Assembly (NCBI RefSeq): GCF_000737315.1
Contig: NZ_JMCB01000003.1
Span: forward strand, 89,394 to 153,393
DNA length: 64,000 nt
Direction of reading: 5' to 3'
Source: Hyalangium minutum
GTDB taxonomy: Bacteria; Myxococcota; Myxococcia; Myxococcales; Myxococcaceae
Every line of letters starts with the position of its first letter. Positions within the stretch are counted from its first letter, which is position 1. The translations under genes and the position numbers were made by a program. Under the pieces are notes generated by a model, which had not been told where the DNA came from, searched no databases, and saw only the letters and a list, made by a program, of their open reading frames with translations. Below, piece by piece: positions 28,457 through 37,993 of this stretch.

Positions 28457-29158
28457 TCAGGCAGCGGAGGTCGAGGCATCCCCCACACCGTTGGCGCCCA
28501 GATCCGCGAGCATCTGCTCGCCCTCCAACTCGTCGATGGGGACGAAGGCCTCGCGGCCGGGGCGGTAGGCATGCACCTTTGCATTGCCAATGTCGAACCA
28601 CCAGCCGTGCAGCCGCAGCGTGCCCGCGGCCATGCGCTCGCGCACCAGGGGGTACGAGCGCAGGTGGGCCAGCTGCTGCAGCACGTTGAGCTGGCTGAGC
28701 CTGTCCGCCGGCTCCAGGCCCTCACCCACGCGGCCGGCCTTCTCCAGGGACTGCAGGGCGCCGCGGCCCAGATCCAGCCAGTCGCAGAGGTTGGGGCACC
28801 GCGCGTCCGACATTCCCGCCAGCAGCGCCTTCATGGCGCCGCAGCTGGAGTGCCCGCACACCACCACGTCCGTCACCGGCAGGTGGAGCAGGGAGTACTC
28901 CACCGCGGCGGCCTCGGAGCGGTCGCCCATGGACTGGCCCGACGCATCCGAGGGCGCCACCATGTTGCCCACGTTGCGCATGACGAAGAGATCGCCCGGA
29001 TCCGTGGACACCAGGAGGTTGGGCACCACGCGGCTGTCAGCGCAGGTGATGAAGAGGCAGTCCGGAGTCTGGCCCTTGGCCAGGCGCGCGAAAGTGGAGC
29101 GGTAGGCGGGGAGGCTGTGACGCTGGAAATCCAGGAGACCGCGAATGAGCTTCTTCAT
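28457..29158 (-). CDS. Beta-class carbonic anhydrase
   Basis: CADSRV and HSSCGA zinc-ligand motifs. 233 aa. Its start overlaps the stop of the upstream SulP gene by 4 nt. Confidence 0.92.
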   Translation of the reverse strand: MKKLIRGLLDFQRHSLPAYRSTFARLAKGQTPDCLFITCADSRVVPNLLVSTDPGDLFVMRNVGNMVAPSDASGQSMGDRSEAAAVEYSLLHLPVTDVVVCGHSSCGAMKALLAGMSDARCPNLCDWLDLGRGALQSLEKAGRVGEGLEPADRLSQLNVLQQLAHLRSYPLVRERMAAGTLRLHGWWFDIGNAKVHAYRPGREAFVPIDELEGEQMLADLGANGVGDASTSAA

Positions 29159-30714
29159 CGTGCACCCTCGGCAGTGAGAGACGGGGAAGGGGAAGTGACA
29201 GGGGGAGGAACGGGGGAGGGAGTGGCTGCGCTGGTGCTCTTGCGCCGCCAGATGTCTTCGAGCGGCTCCATGTACACATGGCCGCCCGTCTTACGGTGCG
29301 TCTCGGACCAGCTCTCGAGCGCCTCGTAACCGGAGTGGTCCAGCGTCTCCACGGCCAGATCCAACTCGACCTTGGCGCCCATGGGGACCTGGGCCAGCGC
29401 AGCGGACAGCTTGGGCACGCCCACGAACGTGAGGGCTCCGCCCACGCGCACCTGGTGCACGTCACCTTCCTGCTTCACGTGCACCTGCACCTTGCCCAGC
29501 TGCCACAGCAGCCGGCCCACGGCCAGCGCCAGGCCCATGGCGATGCCCGCCAGCAGGTTGACGCCCACCACGCCGGCCACCGTCACCACGTACACGGACA
29601 GCTCGCCGCGGCGGCGCAGCTCCTGGATGTGGTGCGTGTTCACCAGCTTCACACCCACGAAGACGAGCAGGCCCGCCAGCACGGTGAGAGGCACCAGCTT
29701 CAGCAGCGCGGCCAGCATCGTGACGAAGAGCAGCATCCACACGCCGTGCAGCACGGCCGAGGTGCGCGTCTTGGCGCCCGCGGCGATGTTGGCCGCGCTG
29801 CGGACGATGACGCCCGTGATGGGCAGGCCGCCCGCGAGGCCGGACACGGTGTTGGCCAGGCCCTGCGCGAACAGCTCCTTGTCCAGGTTGGCGCGCGGGC
29901 CCGTGTGCATCTTGTCCGTGGCCACCGCGCTCAGCAGGGACTCGGCGCTGGCCACCAGCGCCAGCGAGAGCGCCGCGACCACGAAGGCGCCCCACTGGTT
30001 CTGGGGCAGCTGGGGCAGCTGCAGGCTGCTGAAGAAGTCACCGGCCAGCTCCACGCGCTTCACGTTGGCGCCCCACAGCGCCGCCACCGCCGAAGCGCCC
30101 ACCACCGCCACCAGCGGCCCGGGGATCTGCTTGAGCCGGCTCTTGGGCATCACCTGCCACAGCACCAGCAGGCCGATGGTGAGCAGGCCCAAGATCGTCG
30201 CGGGGCCGTGCAGATCCGCGATCTGCCCAGGCAGCTCCTTGATGTTCTGCCACGCGTTGGACTGGGGCGAGCCGCCCAGCACGATGTGCAGCTGGCCCAG
30301 AACGATCAGGATGCCGATGCCCGCCAGCATTCCGTGGATCACCGCCGGGGAGATGGCCAGCGCGGTGCGCGCCACCTTCAGGCTGCCCATCGCCATCTGC
30401 ACCATGCCCGCAGCGGCCACCGCGGCACAGGTGACGGCGAAGCCCATCTCGTTGATGAAGCCGAACACCATCACCGCGAGGCCCGCAGCCGGGCCGCTCA
30501 CCAGCAGGGGCGCGCCGCCGAGCAGGCCGACCACCAGCCCGCCGACCACGCCAGCGATGAGGCCGGACATGATGGGCGCGCCCGACGCCAGCGAGATGCC
30601 CATGCACAGCGGTACGGCGACCAGGAAGACGACCAGGGAGGCCGGCACATCACTGGCCAGGACACTTCGGATCGAGCCGGCCGTACCGGCTCCCTCCACG
30701 CCAGACTTCGTCAC
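29155..30714 (-). CDS. SulP-family anion transporter with a C-terminal STAS domain (BicA-like candidate bicarbonate transporter)
   Basis: SulP TM core and STAS domain. GTG start with GGAGG 7 nt upstream. Operon with the beta-carbonic anhydrase gene. Confidence 0.9.
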   Translation of the reverse strand: MTKSGVEGAGTAGSIRSVLASDVPASLVVFLVAVPLCMGISLASGAPIMSGLIAGVVGGLVVGLLGGAPLLVSGPAAGLAVMVFGFINEMGFAVTCAAVAAAGMVQMAMGSLKVARTALAISPAVIHGMLAGIGILIVLGQLHIVLGGSPQSNAWQNIKELPGQIADLHGPATILGLLTIGLLVLWQVMPKSRLKQIPGPLVAVVGASAVAALWGANVKRVELAGDFFSSLQLPQLPQNQWGAFVVAALSLALVASAESLLSAVATDKMHTGPRANLDKELFAQGLANTVSGLAGGLPITGVIVRSAANIAAGAKTRTSAVLHGVWMLLFVTMLAALLKLVPLTVLAGLLVFVGVKLVNTHHIQELRRRGELSVYVVTVAGVVGVNLLAGIAMGLALAVGRLLWQLGKVQVHVKQEGDVHQVRVGGALTFVGVPKLSAALAQVPMGAKVELDLAVETLDHSGYEALESWSETHRKTGGHVYMEPLEDIWRRKSTSAATPSPVPPPVTSPSPSLTAEGAR

Positions 30715-30787
30715 GTTGAGTGCCTCCAGAAGAGCAAGGCGCCGCTCCCTCGGGGACAGGGGAACGGCGCGGTTTACGCTTCCTCAG

Positions 30788-30802
30788 GCAAAGCACGTGC
30801 CA
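30788..30802 (-). promoter_or_regulatory. Sigma-54 (-24/-12) promoter: TGGCAC-N5-TTGC
   Basis: Minus strand reads TGGCACGTGCTTTGC, with GG and GC at consensus spacing. About 75 nt upstream of the SulP start. An AT-rich segment (30830-30900) lies further upstream, and the adjacent gene encodes a sigma-54 activator. Confidence 0.55.
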
Positions 30803-30956
30803 GGGGTTAACCCATTGACTTCACTTGGAGAATTTCGGTGAATGAAAGAACAGATTAAAGAATTTTAAAGTGCCGCTCATCGCGGGTTTAAAATCCTTGA
30901 ACTCCGGAGAGACCTGCCAGGCAGGCGGGCGGTCGCAGGGCGGATGACGCGCTGGG

Positions 30957-32296
<1,340 letters not shown>

Positions 32297-32300
<4 letters not shown>

Positions 32301-33979
32301 GCGGCGCTCTCCAAGGGTAGCCGAAGGCTGAAGCGGCTGCCCTCGGGCAGACGAGTATAGGTGAGGCTGCCGCCGTGAGCCTCCACGGCGGTTCGCGCCA
32401 TGGGCAGCCCCAGGCCAATGCCCTTGGCGCGCGCGGTGGCGAAGGGCTCCCACAGGCGCGGCTCCAGCTTCGGATCCACACCGCCCGCGTTGTCCTCCAC
32501 CAGCAGGACGGCCTCGGCGCCCTCGCGAGCGAGGCTCACCTGCACCCAGGGGGCGGGACGCAGGCCCGTGTCCCGGGCCACCGCACCGGCCTCTACCGCG
32601 TTGCGTAAAAGGTTGTCGATGGCGGCCACCAGCAGGGCCGGATCCACGTGCACGGTGAGGCCCTCCGCCATCGTTACGCCGATGCGGACGTCCTCGGCCT
32701 CGGGCAGCAGGCGCAAGGACTGCAAGGCTTCATCCACCAGCAGTCTCAGATCGCAGGGCCGGCGCAGCATGGGCCGAGGCTCGCCGAAGGACAGCAGCGA
32801 GCGCGCCAGGTGGCCCAGCCGCTGCACCTGGGCGCGCAAGGCCGGCAGGGCCACCTCGCCGCTGGAGGAGGCGGGCCGCAGCAGCGAGAGGGCGGCCTGG
32901 ATGCCATTGAGGGCGTTCTTCACCTCGTGGGCGATGAGCTGGCTGGCGGAGCCCAGCGCGGCCATTGTCTCCTGGTGCCGGAGCCGCTCTTCCGCCCGGA
33001 GCAGTGAGCGGTACGAGCGCCGCAGCAGGAAGACGAAGACGATCAGGGTGCTGATCAGCAAGGCGCTGTGCAAGATGAGCTGGCTGAGGAAGCGGTACCT
33101 CAGGGGCGCGACGTTGTGCTCCTCGTTCTCCAGCACGGCCAGCAGCATGCCGCTCACGCCCGCGGGCACGGGCACGGGGGCCGCCGCGCCCAGCATGGCG
33201 GTGTCTGCCAAGGTGATGCGCCCGGGCGCGTGCACCAGGGCGATCAGGTCCGAGGCGAGCTGGGTGGTCCACCGGAGGTTCTGCGGGGGCATGGGCAGCA
33301 GGAGCTTTCCGTTCAGGCTCACCAGCAGCGTGAGATCCGTGCCCTTCGCGCTGACGCCCGGGAGCGGCTTCGCTCCGGCGCGAAGCTCACCCACGAGCAT
33401 GCCCACCACCTGCCGTCCGCCGCGCACCACGGGCACCGCCACCACCAGAGGCCCGTCCTCTCGCTCCAGCAGGTTGATGTCCGAGACCCCCTCCCTCTGC
33501 ACGCGGCGGAACCAGGGGCGGGTGGTCACGGGAGATTCGCCCAGCGCCATCGCGGGGGGATCGCTCCACACGCGGCGTCCCGAGGCGCTCAGGAGGACGA
33601 CGCCCTCGGAGAAGAGGTGGGTGTGGTGCAGGGCGTTGTCCAGCACGGTGACCTCGGGGCCTGCGGGACCATCCTCGAGGATGAGCTTGGGGTGCTGGGC
33701 CAGCCGTTGGAGCTCGGCCTCGAGCAGCTGGAGGTGCACGCCCAGGGCCTCGGCCTGCACCTGGGCCTGGACGGACAAGTGGGCAAGCGCCTCTTCGCGA
33801 GCGTTCTCCAGCTCCTCCCGGTAGGCGAGCAAGGGGCTGGTCAGCGCCACCAGGCCGAGCAGTGCCAGGCCGAACAGGGCCGAGCGGCCCGCACGCCGCT
33901 GCGTCCGGGCGAAGTCCTGGAGGGCCGGCGCGGAGGGAGGCCCCGGAAGGGAAGGGGGCTGGGGGACGGAGGGCTTCAT
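32297..33979 (-). CDS. Sensor histidine kinase (periplasmic sensor, HisKA and HATPase_c domains)
   Basis: Two TM segments flank a roughly 250-aa periplasmic region. H-box (AHEVKNALNGI), N-box (LLRNAVEA), and G-boxes (DNAGGVDP, GIGLGLPM). Its stop overlaps the start of the response regulator gene by 4 nt. Confidence 0.85.
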
Positions 33980-34120
33980 GGGGCAGAGGGAGAGGCCAGG
34001 CGTGGCCTCAGGGCTTGAAGTGCCTGGGGCAGAGTTCCTCGGGTGGGGCAAGCTGCCTCGTGTGGCTGCCCGCGAGTGCATCGCCTCAGCTCTGAAGCGG
34101 CGCTGGCATGTCCTGTGCTC

Positions 34121-34594
34121 ATGAGTGCCGGCATGTTACGGCAATGGAGTGCGAAGCCATCGCTGAAGTTCACCTCGTCGCACAAGGAGCCAGAAGAGGG
34201 GCTTGAGCCTCCCTTGCGGATCCTGGTGGCCGATGACCAGCCTGAGATGCGCAGACTCATTCGGGGTGCGCTCGTTCGGGACGGGTACGAGGTGGTCGAG
34301 GTGGCGAACGGCCCTGCCCTCATCCACGCGCTCATCTCCGGGCTGCTGGAGGAGCAGACCCGCGCGCCCGACCTCATCATTACAGACGTCCGGATGCCGG
34401 GCATGACAGGACTGGAGGTGCTGGCCCGCCTCCGCCGGGAGGCCTGGTCCATTCCCTTCATCCTCATCACCGCCTTTGGGGATGAAGCGCTGCACAGGGA
34501 GGCGGAGCGCTTGGGGGCTGCACGTGTCCTCGACAAGCCATTCGAGCTGGCGGAGCTACGGGCCGCCGTGCGCAGGGTCCTCAAGCCTCACTGA
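34121..34594 (+). CDS. Single-domain response regulator (CheY-like receiver)
   Basis: ILVADDQPEMRR...DLIITDVRMPGMTG...KPF receiver motifs. Start uncertain; the ORF extends to 34043. Confidence 0.75.
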   Translation: MSAGMLRQWSAKPSLKFTSSHKEPEEGLEPPLRILVADDQPEMRRLIRGALVRDGYEVVEVANGPALIHALISGLLEEQTRAPDLIITDVRMPGMTGLEVLARLRREAWSIPFILITAFGDEALHREAERLGAARVLDKPFELAELRAAVRRVLKPH

Positions 34595-34615
34595 AGCCTG
34601 GCCAGGAGGTGTCCC

Positions 34616-37288
34616 ATGTCTCAGGCAAGCACGCTGGCTCCCGCTCCCCTGGCGCCCGCCCCCTCAGTGCCGCCCTCCCCACGCCGGGGCCTCGGACAGC
34701 GGCTGATGCGGTGGTGGGAGCGGGCGCGTCAGGGGCCTTGGGGCAAGGTGGGCCGAGCCCTGCTCGTCCTGTTGCCGCTGATCCTGATGGCGGCGGCGGG
34801 CCGGACGCTGGCGAAGGAGCTGGCTCAGCTCCGCTGGGAGCAGGTCGCGCTGGCGATGTCTGCCCTTCCGGGCTGGCGCGTGGGATTGGCCATGCTCGCC
34901 ACCGCTGGCAGCTACCTCGCGCTCACCTTATATGACGTGTTGGCGCTCCAGTACGTGGGCCGTCGACTGCCCTACCGGCGCGTCGGCCGCATCTCCTTCA
35001 CCGCCTGCGCTCTGGGGCACAGCATTGGCCTGTCGGTGCTCGGCAGCGGCTCGGTACGCCTGCGCCTCTACACGGATCAGGGGCTGTCCGTCGTCGAGGT
35101 GGCGCGCATCGCCGCCTTCACCTCGGCGACGTTCTGGACGGGCCTCCTGTTGGCCGGTGGGTTGTGCGTGGCGGTGTCTCCCGAGGCGCTCGCTTTTCTG
35201 CAAGTGTCCTCCGGAACCGTGCGCGCCGTAGGAGTGGGGCTGCTGCTGCTCGTGGGGGGCTATGTCTGGGTCTGTGCCCTCGCTCACCGGAGGGCGGGCG
35301 CCCCGGGCCTGCGCTCGCACCTGCCTCGGCCGTCCTTGGCGGTGAGGCAGGCGCTGGTCTCCAGCATGGACTGGATGATGGCGGCGCTCGTCCTCTACCT
35401 GCTGCTGCCTGCGGAGTCGGGGCTGTCCCTGCCAGGCGTGGTGGCCCTCTTCGCCGCCGCGCAGTCGCTGGGGATTCTCAGCCAGGTTCCCGGCGGCCTG
35501 GGCGTGTTCGAGTTCGTCATGGTCACCGCGCTCGCACCTCGGGTGCCCATGCCCGCGGTGCTCGGGGTGCTCGTCGTCTACCGCATGCTCTACTATGTGC
35601 TGCCGCTGGTGCTGGCCCTGGCACTGCTGGGGAATCACGAGCTCTCGCACCGGCGCGCGGAGTTCCGGCAGCTGTTGAACGGCGTGAGGGCCACGCTGGC
35701 GCCGCTCATGCCTCCGCTGGCCGCGGCCGCGTGCTTCGTGGCGGGCGCGGTGCTCCTCTTCTCCGGTGTCACTCCGGCCGTACCCTCGCGGCTGGAGTTC
35801 CTCAGCCACTTCGTGCCGCTGCCGCTGCTGGAGCTCTCACACCTGCTTGGGAGCCTCACGGGCATGGCCCTGCTGCTGCTGGCGCTGGGCCTCAAGCGTC
35901 AGCTGGATGGGGCCTTCGTGTTGGTGCTCGGGCTGCTGCTGGCGGGCGGCGTGCTGTCCCTGCTCAAGGGAGGGGATTATGAGGAGGCAACGCTGCTCTT
36001 CACCACCGCGCTGGTGCTGACACCGTTCCGCTCCCGCTTCTACCGGCACGCCTCGTTGTTCGCCCAGCGCCTCAGTGTCTCCTGGCTGCTGGCGGTGCTC
36101 GCCGTGGTAGGGGCCTCGGTGGGGTTGGGCTTCTTCTCCTACCGGCACGTGGACTACAGCCACGAGCTCTGGTGGCAGTTCACCCTGGAGGGCGATGCGC
36201 CCCGCTTCCTTCGCGCCCTGGTGGGCATGCTGAGCCTGTCGCTGTTCTTTGGCATCGCCACGCTGCTGCAGCCCGCCGCCGCGCGCCCGCGCCTGCCGGG
36301 CGCCGTGGAGCTGGCCGTGGCCCGTCCCCTGGTGGCGCACGCCCCCGAGTCCTCCGCGCACCTGGCGCTGGTGGGAGACAAGGCGCTGCTCTTCAACGAC
36401 ACGCGCACCTCCTTCCTCATGTACGGCGTGGCGGGGCGCAGCTGGGTGTCCATGGGCGATCCGGTGGGGCCGCCGGACGAGGCCACGGAGCTGGCGTGGC
36501 GCTTCCACGAGCTGGCGGATCGGCACCACGGGTGGACCTGCTTCTACCAGGTGGGGCCCTCGGCGCTGCCGCGCTACCTGGACATGGGGCTGGCGCTGCT
36601 GAAGCTGGGCGAGGAGGCCACCGTGCCGCTGGGGGGCTTCCTCTTGGAGCTGCCCGAGTTCAAAGGCCTGCGCCACACGTGCCGCAAGCTGGAGAAGGAG
36701 GGGGTGACCTTCGAGGTGTGCCCCGCCCAGCAGGTGCTGCCGCTGCTGCCAGAGCTGGAGTCCATCTCGCGCGCGTGGATGGACGAGAAGCAGACCCGCG
36801 AGAAGGGCTTCTCACTGGGCTTCTTCTGCCCGCGCTACCTCCGGGAGGGCCCCGTCGCGCTGGTGCGCCACCAGGGGCGCCTGGTGGCCTTTGCCAACAT
36901 GTGGGTCCCGCTGTTGCGCGAGGAGTTCTCCGTGGACCTGATGCGCCACCGGCCCGAGGTCCCGCGCGGGGTGATGGACTTCCTCTTCACGCAGCTGATG
37001 CTGTGGGGGCGGGAGCAGGGCTACGAGCGCTTCAACCTGGGCATGGCGCCCTTCAGCGGGATGATGTCGCGCAGCCTGGCGCCGCTGTGGCACCGCCTGG
37101 GCACCTTTCTCTTCCGCCACGGTGAGCACTTCTACAACTTCCAGGGTCTGCGCCAATACAAGGAGAAGTTCCACCCGGTGTGGACGCCGCGCTATCTCGC
37201 CGCGCCGGGCGGGTGGGTGCTGCCTCGGGTGCTCGCGAACATCGCCACGCTTGTGTCGCGCGGCCTCACGGGAGCGGTGTCGAGATGA
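34616..37288 (+). CDS. mprF: Bifunctional lysyl-/aminoacyl-phosphatidylglycerol flippase-synthase MprF (LpiA-like)
   Basis: 890 aa. N-terminal polytopic flippase domain and a C-terminal DUF2156 aminoacyl-PG synthase domain (…FFCPRYLREGPV…DLMRHRPE…). Confidence 0.88.
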   Translation: MSQASTLAPAPLAPAPSVPPSPRRGLGQRLMRWWERARQGPWGKVGRALLVLLPLILMAAAGRTLAKELAQLRWEQVALAMSALPGWRVGLAMLATAGSYLALTLYDVLALQYVGRRLPYRRVGRISFTACALGHSIGLSVLGSGSVRLRLYTDQGLSVVEVARIAAFTSATFWTGLLLAGGLCVAVSPEALAFLQVSSGTVRAVGVGLLLLVGGYVWVCALAHRRAGAPGLRSHLPRPSLAVRQALVSSMDWMMAALVLYLLLPAESGLSLPGVVALFAAAQSLGILSQVPGGLGVFEFVMVTALAPRVPMPAVLGVLVVYRMLYYVLPLVLALALLGNHELSHRRAEFRQLLNGVRATLAPLMPPLAAAACFVAGAVLLFSGVTPAVPSRLEFLSHFVPLPLLELSHLLGSLTGMALLLLALGLKRQLDGAFVLVLGLLLAGGVLSLLKGGDYEEATLLFTTALVLTPFRSRFYRHASLFAQRLSVSWLLAVLAVVGASVGLGFFSYRHVDYSHELWWQFTLEGDAPRFLRALVGMLSLSLFFGIATLLQPAAARPRLPGAVELAVARPLVAHAPESSAHLALVGDKALLFNDTRTSFLMYGVAGRSWVSMGDPVGPPDEATELAWRFHELADRHHGWTCFYQVGPSALPRYLDMGLALLKLGEEATVPLGGFLLELPEFKGLRHTCRKLEKEGVTFEVCPAQQVLPLLPELESISRAWMDEKQTREKGFSLGFFCPRYLREGPVALVRHQGRLVAFANMWVPLLREEFSVDLMRHRPEVPRGVMDFLFTQLMLWGREQGYERFNLGMAPFSGMMSRSLAPLWHRLGTFLFRHGEHFYNFQGLRQYKEKFHPVWTPRYLAAPGGWVLPRVLANIATLVSRGLTGAVSR

Positions 37289-37992
37289 GAACCTCACGGT
37301 GGTGCGGTGTCCTCGCGGGCGCGCTGCTCGCGCTCACGGTCCAAGCGGCTTCCGGGCAGCCGCTCGAGCCCGTGGGAGATCTGCCCCTCGTCGAAGTGCC
37401 CGCGGCCACGCCTTCATCCGACAGCTTCGCGCTCCTTCTCACGGGGGATGGAGGCTGGGCGCCTCTCGACAAGCACCTCGCAGCGGCGCTCAACACCCAG
37501 GGCATGTCCGTGGTGGGCTGGGACTCGCTGCGCTACTTCTGGAAGCGGCGGTCGCCCGAGGACACGGCGCGGGACGTGGGCCGGGCGATGGCGCACTACC
37601 TGACGGCGTGGGGGGCGCGGCGCGTGGTGCTCGTGGGTTACTCGCGCGGAGCGGATGTCCTCCCCGCCATCGTGGCCCGGCTCCCCTCGGAGCTGCGTGA
37701 GAAGGTGCGGCTGGTGGCGCTGGTGGCCCCCGGCCACAGCGCCGAGTTCGAGGTCCACGTCCTGGATCTGCTCGGCGGTGGAGGCGGGGACTACCCAGTG
37801 CTCCCCGAGGTGAAGGCACTCGGGGGGATGCCCGTGCTGTGCCTCTATGGAGACGAAGAGCTCAAGGAGAGCCTCTGTCCCAAGCTGTCCGAAGTGACGG
37901 GAGTCCAGGCGCTGAGGCTTCACGGAGGGCACCACTTTGACGGGAACTACACGCGTGTGGCCCGCGCCATCATCGACGCCTTGGGGCAGTGA
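37285..37992 (+). CDS. AcvB/VirJ-like periplasmic alpha/beta hydrolase (putative aminoacyl-PG hydrolase)
   Basis: Signal peptide, then a VirJ-like core (VLVGYSRGADVLP). ATGA overlap with the mprF stop. The mprF(lpiA)-acvB pairing is known in Rhizobiales. Confidence 0.7.
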   Translation: MRTSRWCGVLAGALLALTVQAASGQPLEPVGDLPLVEVPAATPSSDSFALLLTGDGGWAPLDKHLAAALNTQGMSVVGWDSLRYFWKRRSPEDTARDVGRAMAHYLTAWGARRVVLVGYSRGADVLPAIVARLPSELREKVRLVALVAPGHSAEFEVHVLDLLGGGGGDYPVLPEVKALGGMPVLCLYGDEELKESLCPKLSEVTGVQALRLHGGHHFDGNYTRVARAIIDALGQ

Positions 37993-37993
37993 G

